A DNA stretch of 64,000 nt, from assembly GCA_963677165.2 (NCBI GenBank), contig CAXXSX010000002.1:421988-485987 (forward strand), read 5' to 3'. The stretch comes from Victivallales bacterium (lineage in GTDB: Bacteria; Verrucomicrobiota; Lentisphaeria; Victivallales; SZUA-371). Position numbers and translations under genes: made by a program. The stretch's first letter is position 1; every line of letters begins with the position of its first letter. The notes below the pieces were generated by a model. The model was not told the origin of the DNA. It ran no database searches and saw only the letters and a program-made list of their open reading frames with translations. Shown here one piece after another: positions 44,706-55,600 of the stretch.

Positions 44706-45614
44706 TTAATTGATCAATTTCTTTGGATTATAGTAGCCAACAATTTCAAGTTCTGCATTTGATAGTATCTCAAGTGAGGCTAGGAACTCCATGCATTGTT
44801 TCATGGTAGAACCGGAACCAACCAGACATTGTTTTTCGGGATTATGCAGTTTGCCATTCAGCTCAAGTACAGCATCATTTCCCAGTACGTTGTAACGTCC
44901 GGGAGGAAGTCCGGCAGCCGAAGACATATCGCTGACAACAATTATATTTTCTGCACCTTTCATTTTTACCACGCATTTGATAAATTCCGCCGGCAAATGA
45001 TGTCCGTCTGTAATCAGCATCGGAGTCAGTTCATCACAAGCCAGACTGTTCCATATTGGATTATCGTGGCGCGGCAACATATTGGACAGTCCGTTTCCCA
45101 GATGCGTTAACGTAGAGGCCCCGGCTTCCGCTGCCGCTTTGATTGCGCATTTTCCTGCATTCTGGTGTCCCAGAGAAATGGTAATGTTTCTGCTGGTCGC
45201 ATATTTTATGAAGTTGCAAACTCCTGGCAATTCGGCGGCAACGGTCAGGAGCTTTATCGTATTTCCGGAGAAACCAATTAACTGGTCAAGGATACTGATA
45301 TCGGGATTCTGTACGTATTCTGGATTGTGGGCTCCCACGGCCCCCGGTTCTCGGGAAATGAAAGGGCCTTCCAAATGAAAGCCCGGAACATGTTCTTTCA
45401 GTCCTGCTTTGGATATCGCATTAGTGATGATTTCAATATTGCGTTTATACAATTCCATGCTGCTGGTAATAATTGTCGGAAGGAACGCATGGGTTCCAGA
45501 CTCCAGCAGCTTTTCCGTTGCCTGAAGAAAGTTATCTTCTGTTAACTTGGTGCTGGAAAAATCCACTCCGACAAAACCATTGACCTGAAGGTCTATATAC
45601 CCGGGAATAGCCAT
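44706..45614 (-). CDS. nagA: N-acetylglucosamine-6-phosphate deacetylase-like amidohydrolase, TIM-barrel core only
   Basis: PGYIDLQVNGFVGVDF parallels E. coli NagA PGFIDVQLNGCGGVQF. HLEGPF, LGHQNA, THLGN and DGHH motifs are present. It is 302 aa, starts at the first barrel strand and ends before the C-terminal sandwich strands. Confidence 0.7.
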   Translation of the reverse strand: MAIPGYIDLQVNGFVGVDFSSTKLTEDNFLQATEKLLESGTHAFLPTIITSSMELYKRNIEIITNAISKAGLKEHVPGFHLEGPFISREPGAVGAHNPEYVQNPDISILDQLIGFSGNTIKLLTVAAELPGVCNFIKYATSRNITISLGHQNAGKCAIKAAAEAGASTLTHLGNGLSNMLPRHDNPIWNSLACDELTPMLITDGHHLPAEFIKCVVKMKGAENIIVVSDMSSAAGLPPGRYNVLGNDAVLELNGKLHNPEKQCLVGSGSTMKQCMEFLASLEILSNAELEIVGYYNPKKLIN

Positions 45615-45623
45615 AATGTAACC

Positions 45624-46367
45624 TTATTTGCGGCTCAAAAGTGAAGCTGATCCTTCATCGAGGAATGTATAACATTCCGAATGATTTCTCAGGATGGAAG
45701 CAGGACACATATTGGAGATTTCGCCTTCAATCGCACCTTTTACTGCCTGAGCTTTGCGCTCATCTGGTACGGTATTTATAATGGCTTTACTCTTCATAAT
45801 GTGCCTGATGCTCATCGATATCGCTTTTTTCGGAACATCTTCCAAAGTCGGGAACCAGCCTTCGCCAAGCTGCTGCTTACGGCATGCTTCATCAAGATCA
45901 ACTACAAGGTAAGGCTTTTCTGTTTCGAAGTCTGCCGGGGGATCGTTAAAAGCCAGGTGACCGTTTTCTCCGACCCCAACAAATGCTACATCAATCGGAT
46001 GCTGTTTTATAATTTCATCAAGTTTAAGGCAGTTTTCTACAACATCGCCTTCACCATTTACATAATAGGCCGCTTTTAATGCCATCGGCAACTGCTGTTC
46101 GAAACGTTCTTTCAAATACTTTCTAAAGCTTGCCGGATGACTTTCCGGCAAGCCCACGTACTCGTCAAGATGAAACATTGTGACTTTGGTCCAGTCGATA
46201 CCTTCTGCTTTCACAAGATTTGACATCATTTCAAACTGGCTAGCTCCAGTCGCAACAATAATATTTGCTTCGCCTCGTTCTGCTAATGCTTTACGTATGA
46301 ATTCTGCTCCCTTATTTGCCGCGGCAATTCCCATCTCTTCTTTGTTTTTTAATACATTCAAATTCAT
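45624..46367 (-). CDS. nagB: Glucosamine-6-phosphate deaminase
   Basis: [11 protein letters not shown]..., FHLDEYVGL, and [16 protein letters not shown] are classic NagB motifs. Confidence 0.9.
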   Translation of the reverse strand: MNLNVLKNKEEMGIAAANKGAEFIRKALAERGEANIIVATGASQFEMMSNLVKAEGIDWTKVTMFHLDEYVGLPESHPASFRKYLKERFEQQLPMALKAAYYVNGEGDVVENCLKLDEIIKQHPIDVAFVGVGENGHLAFNDPPADFETEKPYLVVDLDEACRKQQLGEGWFPTLEDVPKKAISMSIRHIMKSKAIINTVPDERKAQAVKGAIEGEISNMCPASILRNHSECYTFLDEGSASLLSRK

Positions 46368-46384
46368 TGTTCAGTCTCTTTTTG

Positions 46385-47482
46385 TTAATTCAGTTCAAAA
46401 TTCAATCTATGAATAATAATATTTAATGCAGCCCCCAAAGCACCGGCCTCTCGTCCTGATTTTGAAAGCTTTAGCTCAATATTGCTATCTGCAAGATGTT
46501 CCCTGATGATGTCTGCAAAACTTTTTCCTAATTTCCTGAAATATCCCCCCAATACAATTATTCCTGGATCTACAACCCCGGAAAGGATGTTTAACGCATA
46601 GGCTAGACTTTCTGCTATTTCGGAAAAAAGCTTAACCGCTGATTCATTTCCTTGAACAAATAGTTCTATCAGTTCTTCGCGGCTTTTTGTTCTCAACCCT
46701 AATTCTGCCGCTCGCGGAAGTAGATGCTTTTCATTCAAAGCATTTTCAAGAGTAGTTGTTTCCAATTCGGTATTGTTTCTGACCATTATTGGAATATTGC
46801 GAATTTCTCCGGCCATCCCGTTTGCTCCATTGAGAATAATACCGTCTGAAACAATTACAGAACCAATACTTACTCCAGAGGATATATAGAGAAAATTTTT
46901 GCAATTTACCACTACTCCCACTTTCATTTCGGCAAAAGCGGCAGTTCTCGCGCGGTTTCCTAACAAAACCGGTACGTTATGCTTTTGGGAAAAAAACTCT
47001 GCCAGTTTTTTTTCTGCGATATCAAAATTAGAGCTGTATGTTACTTCATTTTTCGTGGTACTTACGATTCCGGAAACTGCAATTCCAACTCCGCAAACTT
47101 TAATTTCGGACTGGTTGTTTAATTCCATAATTATTTGTGATGTAGTTGCAATAATATTGTCATAACTGTTTTCATAGGGTAGCTTATTCGTTTTGATAAT
47201 TTTGCCCAAACCATCACATAAAATGCCTCTAATCGTTCCTTCATCTCCTATATCAATACCGATTGCGCCACTTGTTTCAGGCACAAACTCAAGTATTGTG
47301 GGACGTTTGCCGCCTCTCGAGTTTCCTTTTCCGGTTTCACGTATAAAGTTTTGTTCCAACAACTTGTTTACCAGTTCCGACACTGCTGGACGACTTAGAG
47401 CAGTTTTTCTTGCAATGTCTGCCCTGGAAATCGCTTTTTCTTTATATATCAGTTCAAGTATATTCAATAGGTTTTCGTTCAT
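46385..47482 (-). CDS. ROK-family transcriptional regulator (NagC-like)
   Basis: N-terminal wHTH (ISRADIARKTALSRPAVSELVNKLLEQNFI), then a ROK sugar-kinase-like fold. First gene of a ROK-nagB-nagA string. Confidence 0.8.
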   Translation of the reverse strand: MNENLLNILELIYKEKAISRADIARKTALSRPAVSELVNKLLEQNFIRETGKGNSRGGKRPTILEFVPETSGAIGIDIGDEGTIRGILCDGLGKIIKTNKLPYENSYDNIIATTSQIIMELNNQSEIKVCGVGIAVSGIVSTTKNEVTYSSNFDIAEKKLAEFFSQKHNVPVLLGNRARTAAFAEMKVGVVVNCKNFLYISSGVSIGSVIVSDGIILNGANGMAGEIRNIPIMVRNNTELETTTLENALNEKHLLPRAAELGLRTKSREELIELFVQGNESAVKLFSEIAESLAYALNILSGVVDPGIIVLGGYFRKLGKSFADIIREHLADSNIELKLSKSGREAGALGAALNIIIHRLNFELN

Positions 47483-47527
47483 CTTACCTCGGATATGTAA
47501 ATTATTACAATTAATTAAAGTTAATTT

Positions 47528-47556
47528 TGTTTGTTAGTAAGTATAACTAACAAACA
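47528..47556. promoter_or_regulatory. 11-bp perfect inverted repeat upstream of the ROK-nagB-nagA operon (candidate operator)
   Basis: TGTTTGTTAGT-N7-ACTAACAAACA, about 46 nt upstream of the ROK start. Confidence 0.4.
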
Positions 47557-47734
47557 TTTAAAAGCAAGCCTCTAATTGTAAAAAAATGATAGAAAAAGCT
47601 CTTGGGGTTCAAATGTTTAAAGAATTTGAATTGTTCTATCTGAAACGAATATCGAAATTTACTTGTTAATTTAAAAATAGCAGTGTAAGTTCATTAACAC
47701 GGAAAGCTTGTAAAAATGGAATATCGAAATAATT

Positions 47735-48589
47735 ATGACTACTACTCGGCATGATTACGTTTTAGATCGCAAAGAATTGATATACAATAGCAGTGAATGC
47801 GGTAAGCTCTCTTTCCAATATGAGGAAAATTTAACTTCAATCAATTGTCGTTTGATTGAAGCTACCTTAGTGGAACATCAAAATCATCTTCTGGCTACAC
47901 ATCATCATCCTCCGCCATTCGCCAGAATTTTTCTTCCAGTTAACGGTAAAGCTGTAATTACTCATCTGGAGCAAGAAATGGTTTTACAACCTGGATTAAT
48001 ATATTTTTTCCCCAGTAACCTGACTTTTGATGCTGATTACAGGCAGGGTTTTTCACAGTATTATATTCATGTCTACTATTCGGATGGATTAAATATTCCG
48101 CTTTTTTCCGATCTGAATTCAATAAAGATTATTGATAACAAACTTTTATATCAAAATATTTGTCAGAATAGTGCTGGTATATCCACGCCGCATTTATTGA
48201 ACAATCTTTTATCTCTTGCGCTGATATTACTAGAAGGTAATTATGAAAGTCTTTCCGGTAATATGCAAAAATTCAAGGATTTTTCTGAGTTATTAAAATT
48301 TTTGGACAGGACTCCGATGATTGAGCACACCATTGCTAATTTAGCCATGTTATATTCAGTTAGTCAGGAAGCTTTATCCAAACGTTTCAGGCGTAAAACC
48401 GGAATTACATTAAAAAAATTTTTACTCGAACAAAAACTACAGAAAATTCAAGAGTTATTGCTTAATCGAAATTATAGAATTGATGAAATTGCTTATCAAA
48501 CAGGATTTTCATCGCCTCAATACTTACATCGCTTCTTCAAAAAAAACATGGGGTGTACCCCTGTTGAGTATCGCAATACCCATGCTTAA
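47735..48589 (+). CDS. AraC-family transcriptional regulator
   Basis: C-terminal double HTH (...IDEIAYQTGFSSPQYLHRFFKKNMGCTPVEYR). The N-terminus is cupin-like. Confidence 0.85.
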   Translation: MTTTRHDYVLDRKELIYNSSECGKLSFQYEENLTSINCRLIEATLVEHQNHLLATHHHPPPFARIFLPVNGKAVITHLEQEMVLQPGLIYFFPSNLTFDADYRQGFSQYYIHVYYSDGLNIPLFSDLNSIKIIDNKLLYQNICQNSAGISTPHLLNNLLSLALILLEGNYESLSGNMQKFKDFSELLKFLDRTPMIEHTIANLAMLYSVSQEALSKRFRRKTGITLKKFLLEQKLQKIQELLLNRNYRIDEIAYQTGFSSPQYLHRFFKKNMGCTPVEYRNTHA

Positions 48590-48902
48590 AATCAACTTCA
48601 GAAGGCAAGAGTAACCAATTAGCATTGTCCTATTATTGCAGTGTCCTTTTATTGGACTTTCAACACTGAAACTTGTAAATTATTGGCCAAATGTCCTGAA
48701 AGTATAATTATTATACTTTTTTTCACACTAACCAGTTATTGATATCATAATAATTCTAAAGTATGATATATTATAAGATGCGAATAGAATACTAATGGTC
48801 GTATTCTATTTTTAATAAAATATTAAAATTATTAAGGAATTTTAATACAGGATTGGTCAGCAAATATATAGTTGCCAATTAAGAACAAAAAAGGACACGG
48901 AA

Positions 48903-49637
48903 ATGAGAAACAAAAAGAATTTCACTCTCATCGAATTGCTCGTCGTGATCGCGATTATAGCAATTTTAGCGTCAATACTTTTACCGACACTTGGCCGGGC
49001 AAAAGAAATAGCAAAATCAATTAAATGCGTCAACAAGCAAAAACAAATCAGCGCGGCATTGGGAATGTTCTCTGACGATTTAGGCGGTTACCTGTTGCCT
49101 TATAATACTTATGCAGCCAAAAGGCCTTATCAAACCGGTACAATGCCATATAATGAAGACTTACTGGACGGTTTTTACTGGTACGTAATGCTTCACCGGA
49201 AATATCCGGGACTTAGTGGAAAAAACTATTCTACTTTTCGTTGTCCTCCTTCCGACCTTGTAAAAAATGCTAATGCGACAGTAAAAGATCCCACAGGTAC
49301 AGGCATCAATATTGGTTACAACGTGCATATTAGTAAATATGCTACTGCCCAGCCGGCAGCATATCATACTTCAAAATTAAAGGCACCATCACAAACGATG
49401 CAGACCGCAGATGCCTGGAACGCCAAAATGAGTGGAACTGCTACTGGAAGTGTTTATGTTTCAGCCAGGGACAGCACTTATGACTCCATTCATTATCGTC
49501 ATTTAGGAAAAGCTAATATCAGTTTTCTTGACGGCCATGTTGAAACAAGATCTTTGAAACAGATTCCTCCGACCATTAATGCAGGGGGAGTCGGCAGTAC
49601 TGATGAATGTAAATTATTTTATTATGGACGTAATTAA
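48903..49637 (+). CDS. Pseudopilin-like protein (prepilin-type N-terminus plus H-X9-DG)
   Basis: [30 protein letters not shown] at the N-terminus, YRHLGKANISFLDGH at the C-terminus. Confidence 0.85.
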   Translation: MRNKKNFTLIELLVVIAIIAILASILLPTLGRAKEIAKSIKCVNKQKQISAALGMFSDDLGGYLLPYNTYAAKRPYQTGTMPYNEDLLDGFYWYVMLHRKYPGLSGKNYSTFRCPPSDLVKNANATVKDPTGTGINIGYNVHISKYATAQPAAYHTSKLKAPSQTMQTADAWNAKMSGTATGSVYVSARDSTYDSIHYRHLGKANISFLDGHVETRSLKQIPPTINAGGVGSTDECKLFYYGRN

Positions 49638-49885
49638 AGGCAATTAAGGCTCATTAAAATATTGATTCAGGAAAATCCGGATGACTGCAGGCATCTGTGA
49701 GATGTTTCGACAAAGGGTGTGATCATACTTGTATCTTTTCGAGTTCATGATTTCTACCTTAAATTAGATCACTAAAATGTTGATTATTTACAGGGCTCAA
49801 ATTATTTGAGAGAATGATTTGAATTATTTATCACAACCCAACGAGACTTTCTCTCTAAAACTATTGAAAAAAGGAATTATACTCG

Positions 49886-51892
49886 ATGCGTTTCTTCATA
49901 TCTGCATGTTTGCTGCTGCTTTCCAGCTTAGTCGTAAACGGAAAAAGCCAGGATCTTGTTGCACGTTCAAAAGCTTTTATGCGTCAAACCAGTAAAGATA
50001 AAATACGTTGTTTCTGGATATACTATAAAGACAAGTCTCCGGACTTCTTGCCTTTGCTTCCGACCTTAAAGCAGAACGGTTTTAATATGCTGGCTGTCGG
50101 AAATCGTATTTTCTGGGGAGCCACTCCATCTGATTCTCCATCAAATAAGCCATATTTTAAGACATTAGCTCCAGAGCAGACGGTCTATTTACGAAAAGTT
50201 GTCAGGGCCTGCAAAAAAAATGGAATTGTTCCTCTGATAATGATGATGACTTATTCCGATGAATACAATCTGCTGATCAAAGACAAAAAATATCGGAAGG
50301 TAATGGATAAAAACGGCATTGCCGATCGTTATCTGGCCTGTCCGGGAGACCTGGATTTTCTGCGAGGCATAGAGCTGCCGCGGATACAACTGGCCGCCCG
50401 GATATTAGCCGAAGAAAATATGGTTGGTGGTTTTCTCTATGAAACCGAAGCTTATTGTGCAAAGCCGCATTATCCCGGCTATGGCTCTTCAAAAACCGAG
50501 TTTTGTTATTGCGACCACTGTTTCGGCAATTTCATGAAACTTATCGGAGATAATGGAGCTTTGCCCAAACCATCACTTCGTTATCAATATTTAAGCAAGC
50601 GGGGACTGACCAAGCGCTATTCCGATTATATGATATCAATATATGAAAAAAATTATAAGTTTCTCCTGAAAGAAGCCCGAAAAATACATCCCGGCATGCT
50701 GGCCGGACTATATCAGAGTGCCATGGATGAAAACACGATAGGCTTTGCCCGGGCAACTGGAACGAAAGAATTACCGGCCATGCTGTTTTCGTCAACAGAA
50801 TATTTTGTTGGAATTAATCGGAAGGTATGCAACTTTGCTAACGCTTCCTCTACAGATGATTTCAAAAAATATCTAAAATCACAGAACGTGAATGTTCGGC
50901 TGCTTCCTGGTTTGTTGCTTGGTTCTTATTGGCCCAAGCAATATGCAGCAGAAACGGCCCAGGCATTGAAACATACTGATGGCTATTGGCTTTATGACGG
51001 TACTACCCTAAACAAGCCTTTTAATAAAGTGAAAACCAAGAATCCGGAAAATCGCAGTGAATATCGTTTATTAAGACCTGCTGAAGAATTTTTTAAATAT
51101 CTAGCCAAAGCTCATAAAACGAAAAGTTCCCTTTTGAACAATCCCCCCAGGAAAACTTTAAGTGAATTTACCTGTAAGATGAAATTGGACAAAAAAGCCT
51201 CTCAATTCACAGAGCCCAAAACGATTAATCCCGGTTGGGAACCAAGCGGTGATTTCCCGCAAAAGACTTCGGACGGTATTATTTTCCCCGCAGCGTCAAA
51301 GGATCATTCAGCATATTTCAATCGGTATATTGCCGGGGGCTTTTCGGAATTTCCTAAAGGTGGAAAATGGTATGGCTTTAAAGTCGATGTCAAGCATCTA
51401 GGTGGTCCTGAAGCTCGTATTGTGTCCCTCGGACATTCCTGGGGAAAACTCTATCCGGTTTGTTTTGACGGTAATTTTTATATTGCTCCCGGAGAACATA
51501 AAACGCTGTCTATTGCTATTAAATCCAGGCCATCAGCCAAATATTATTACCGATTTGGCTGCCGGACGGGAGAAGGAACTCTGGCGGCAAAGAATTTCCG
51601 TCTCATGCGACTTTCACGACTTGTCTATCGCAGTGCACCGGTAAGCTTGCCGCAGAACGACAAAGAACTATATCTTACATGGCAGGATGTGCCGTCAGTT
51701 TTCGAGTTGAGTTACGATATTTTCGATTTGCAGGATAACCTGCTTATGGAAAATTGCAATAGAAAAACGGATATTTCCGTGCTTGCTCAGACTCTGGATG
51801 TAAAAAAAGTTAAATTCAAGTTCAACTTCCTGCTCTCGAACGGGAAAAAAGAGATTCCCCCTTTCAAATTTTCCTGGTTGAAGATTAATTAA
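49886..51892 (+). CDS. Secreted 668-aa hypothetical protein (possible glycan-active enzyme)
   Basis: Signal peptide (MRFFISACLLLLSSLVVNG). No family recognised. It is flanked on both sides by pseudopilin-like genes. Confidence 0.6.
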   Translation: MRFFISACLLLLSSLVVNGKSQDLVARSKAFMRQTSKDKIRCFWIYYKDKSPDFLPLLPTLKQNGFNMLAVGNRIFWGATPSDSPSNKPYFKTLAPEQTVYLRKVVRACKKNGIVPLIMMMTYSDEYNLLIKDKKYRKVMDKNGIADRYLACPGDLDFLRGIELPRIQLAARILAEENMVGGFLYETEAYCAKPHYPGYGSSKTEFCYCDHCFGNFMKLIGDNGALPKPSLRYQYLSKRGLTKRYSDYMISIYEKNYKFLLKEARKIHPGMLAGLYQSAMDENTIGFARATGTKELPAMLFSSTEYFVGINRKVCNFANASSTDDFKKYLKSQNVNVRLLPGLLLGSYWPKQYAAETAQALKHTDGYWLYDGTTLNKPFNKVKTKNPENRSEYRLLRPAEEFFKYLAKAHKTKSSLLNNPPRKTLSEFTCKMKLDKKASQFTEPKTINPGWEPSGDFPQKTSDGIIFPAASKDHSAYFNRYIAGGFSEFPKGGKWYGFKVDVKHLGGPEARIVSLGHSWGKLYPVCFDGNFYIAPGEHKTLSIAIKSRPSAKYYYRFGCRTGEGTLAAKNFRLMRLSRLVYRSAPVSLPQNDKELYLTWQDVPSVFELSYDIFDLQDNLLMENCNRKTDISVLAQTLDVKKVKFKFNFLLSNGKKEIPPFKFSWLKIN

Positions 51893-51896
51893 AAGA

Positions 51897-52637
51897 ATGG
51901 AGTTACAAAAAATGAAAAAGAAATATTTTACTCTCCTGGAATTGGTTCTTGTAACAATCGCGGCGATATCACTTTTATGTGGAACATGCCAGATACTCAG
52001 AATGGCAGTACTGCAAAATAATATTTTGACATGTGCCGATCAGCAACGAAAATTAGGCCAATGCATCGTTAAATTTTCTGCCGATGCAGACAACTGGCTG
52101 TTGCCCCGCAATACTGACGCGGCCTATATTCCATTTAAAAGTCGTGACTATACCCCGCTTAACCAGAAACTAATAGGCAACAGATGGTTTGAAACATTAT
52201 CAAAGCTATATCCTGAAGTGGTAAAATCCCCTTTCAGCTGCGTACGCTGCCCGGCTTATACCGGGCCGAAAAATTATCTTTCCACAAAGGCTGAACCAGT
52301 CAAGTCCGGAGGAAATATCGGATATAACGGAGCGACTGGTATTTATGAAAACAAAAATTTTTATCACAAAATGAACCAGCTGCCTTCTCCGTCCAAGACA
52401 TTATGTACTTCCGACTGTTGGAATTCGGTTAATGGCAACGCTGATTATATCGTCACTGGCAAAACTGGCAGGTACAACCAAGTTCATTTCCGTCATCAGG
52501 GCAAAACTGCCAATATTGGTTTCTACGATGGACATGTCGAGAATATTACCGCAGAGAAATTACCGGAAAACCCCACTGCAGGCGCAGCCTCTGCCGCTAA
52601 AACATTCTGGGGTAGAAAGACGTTACAAATACCTTAG
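51897..52637 (+). CDS. Divergent pseudopilin-like protein (degenerate hydrophobic segment, H-X10-DG retained)
   Basis: ...[26 protein letters not shown] at the N-terminus, FRHQGKTANIGFYDGH at the C-terminus. An alternative start lies at 51912. Confidence 0.75.
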   Translation: MELQKMKKKYFTLLELVLVTIAAISLLCGTCQILRMAVLQNNILTCADQQRKLGQCIVKFSADADNWLLPRNTDAAYIPFKSRDYTPLNQKLIGNRWFETLSKLYPEVVKSPFSCVRCPAYTGPKNYLSTKAEPVKSGGNIGYNGATGIYENKNFYHKMNQLPSPSKTLCTSDCWNSVNGNADYIVTGKTGRYNQVHFRHQGKTANIGFYDGHVENITAEKLPENPTAGAASAAKTFWGRKTLQIP

Positions 52638-52660
52638 AATGATGGTTGGAAAATAATAAC

Positions 52661-55600
52661 ATGATAATTGATTTTAGAATTGATTTTGGCTATTCAATGC
52701 TTTATACTCGTCGCTATTCACATCCGATTTGTGTATGGGACGGACATATGGACTGTCGTCACGGAAAAATACTCCGGATGTACAAACTGGAGTATCCGTT
52801 TAACTACTCCGGTCCTGCCTATGATGCCGAAGAAACTCCATTGCCTAATCATAGCTGGCAAATTACTACCCGCCGCAATTTAGCCGGTTTAAGGATCATT
52901 GCGGAAGTTACGGACAACTCAATATTTGTCTTCCACTCCAGCATGGGAGATTTTGAAATTCCTTACGAGCGTATTGCGCGGGAAAAATATTTCAATATTC
53001 CAGTTGGAGACAGTGAAATACATTCCAGCTTGATTATTAACGAAAGCAATTATTATTGGTTTCAGCCGTCTTTTCGGCCGGAGCAACAGGTATTTCATCC
53101 TGCTGATATGAATTTGCTGCGAAAAAATCATTTTCGAATGGATTGTGCATGGCTGCCTCCACAGGGAGAAGTCGATTTTATCATCAATGTACCGAATGCC
53201 GATTGTGTGCCTGATCAAATCGCAGAAGGCCTTTTGCACCTGGTTGTTATGGCGGCATCGGCTCCGCACAATGGAACACCAGACTCTGTACATGACCAAT
53301 TCCCCATGGCGTTGGCTTTAGACGGACAAAATATTGATGTTTTTGATCAATACCTGCGTGATCATGACTTGACAATGCAGATTATGACTGATATTTGGCG
53401 AAGATTTGCAGTTTCTCCCGGAAAACACACACTAACACTGAAAAATTTACACCAATTTTTTTACCTGACTTTGCACAAGGTTATTTTTGAAGTCAAATCT
53501 ACCCGCCATCTTCAAATGACCCTTCCACACTGGTGTCTGTGTAATGAAACATATACCGGCAAAATTTATGCGACCCAAGCGGATACGGTATCTTTGGAAT
53601 TTCAGAATCAGGAAATGCAGTTGGAATTAAAATCCGGTTGGAATGAATTCGATTTTGTCCTTTCTCAATCCGGACAAAATATTGAATTCTGTGCCATCTC
53701 CGGAACTGTTCAGAGTTCTGAAATTATTCCGGAAGTCTATGCCTTGAGCCAGGAAGCTCCAATAGTCAAAGTCGGTTGTGATATGACCACTGTTCCACAC
53801 GATGATAATGGTTTTATGGACTGGCTATTAGATTACATTGTCCGCACTCAAATGGGAAACTTTATTCTATTCAGGCCCTTTCATTACGAAAAGGTGGATA
53901 ATTTTGTAATGACTAAAGCTAATGCCAAATCAATGGCGCGTTTCGGCAGTTTTTGTAAACAGCATCGCCTTTATGCTGAACTGGCATCATCATTCATCGA
54001 ACCCGACATAGTAAAAACAGCCGGGAATTTTTTCAGAGCCGCCGGAAAACACGAATATCCCGGTTTATCCTATCAGGCTAAATCGAGACCGCCTTTTCGT
54101 AGTTACGATCTGAAAGAAGCGGCAGAAAAATTTATCTCCTGCCTACGGGAAAACATTCAAAAAACCAGACAGTTTTCTCCTATGGTATCTTATGGGGATG
54201 CTTCCGGAGCCGCCAGGTACTGCTATCTGGCAGGCGTGGATTTTCTGCGTTCTGAAACCTTGGTGGGACATACTATGCATTTATGTTCCCTGGCACGTCC
54301 AGCCGCTGAAAGTTTAGGGAAAGGCGACTGGGGCGTACACATTGCAATTCAACACAATCTGCAGCCTTTTACCAAAGACCACCTGGGGCTGTTTTTCGTT
54401 TCTTTGCTGCAGCCATGGATGATGGGAGCAAAGGTTTTTGATGAAGAAGACAGCCTGTTTTGTCTTTTTAAAGAAGAACGGCAAAGCTGGGATGATTACT
54501 GCACAAAAGGCAAGCGTGAAATGCTGCGTTGGTTTTACCGATTTGTTCAGACTCATCCCCGCCAGGGAGATCCCGTTCGCAACTTTGCGTCGATCGAAGG
54601 TCGCTATGCTCCGCCTTTTCATTCTTTCAACGCATACAGTGATCGAGACTGTTCGATTTGGGGCGCTTTCGGCAACGAATCAGAACAATGGCAATACCGG
54701 GAGCCCGAAAAAATTCGTCTGGTATTGGAAATGCTTATGCCTGGATATTTTTTGGATCCATTTAAGCAGAAGCATGAAAAAACTCGTTTTTTCTTTTCCG
54801 GAACGCCTTACGGTGATTTTGATCAGGTGCCAATCGAAGCGGATGAAAACTATTTGTCAAAATATAAGCTGCTGTTATTGGGCGGTTGGAATACGATGCA
54901 GGCAGAAGATCATCAAAAGCTTAAAGACTATGTCATTAACGGTGGTACACTTTTCACTGGCATCATGCAGTTTGTTACAGATACCAGTAGAGATTTTCTG
55001 CCGGATACAACGAATGCAAAACTTTACCGGGATGGTGATTTAAGCGAACTATGCGGTGTCAAAATTCTAGGTGCTGGACCTGAATTTTCCGGTCAGTGGC
55101 AAACGGCACAGAAAACAACTTTCAATCAGGATGAATTAAGCAGTCTGCCGACCTTCCCTGAACAATACGACTTATCCTGCCGTATTGCTGATATCGAACT
55201 TACAGATGCCGAGGTAACGGTTTGGGATGGCGAAAATGGTTTGCCGTTAATTATCCGAAAGAAAATCGGTAAAGGATGTGTCTATTTACTGACTTTATGG
55301 GCCTATATGGGACAGAAGCAGACTTTAGAGCTGGTAACATCTTATCTGGAGCGTTTGCTCAAAGATGTCCGTCCTGATATCCGGGTACAAAATGCTGATA
55401 ATGATGTATTCTGGAGTACCTGGAATGATGGGAGTTTGTATATGCTCAATATAAACTGGAGTCGCCCCGGCAGTCATAAGGATGTTCGAATAATAACGCC
55501 TGAAACACAATTCGATATGCAATTAGCGGAACGCCATGCGTACATTATATATACTCTGCCTTTCGGCGCTTTTTATTTGCAAAACAATTCTCATGCCGAA

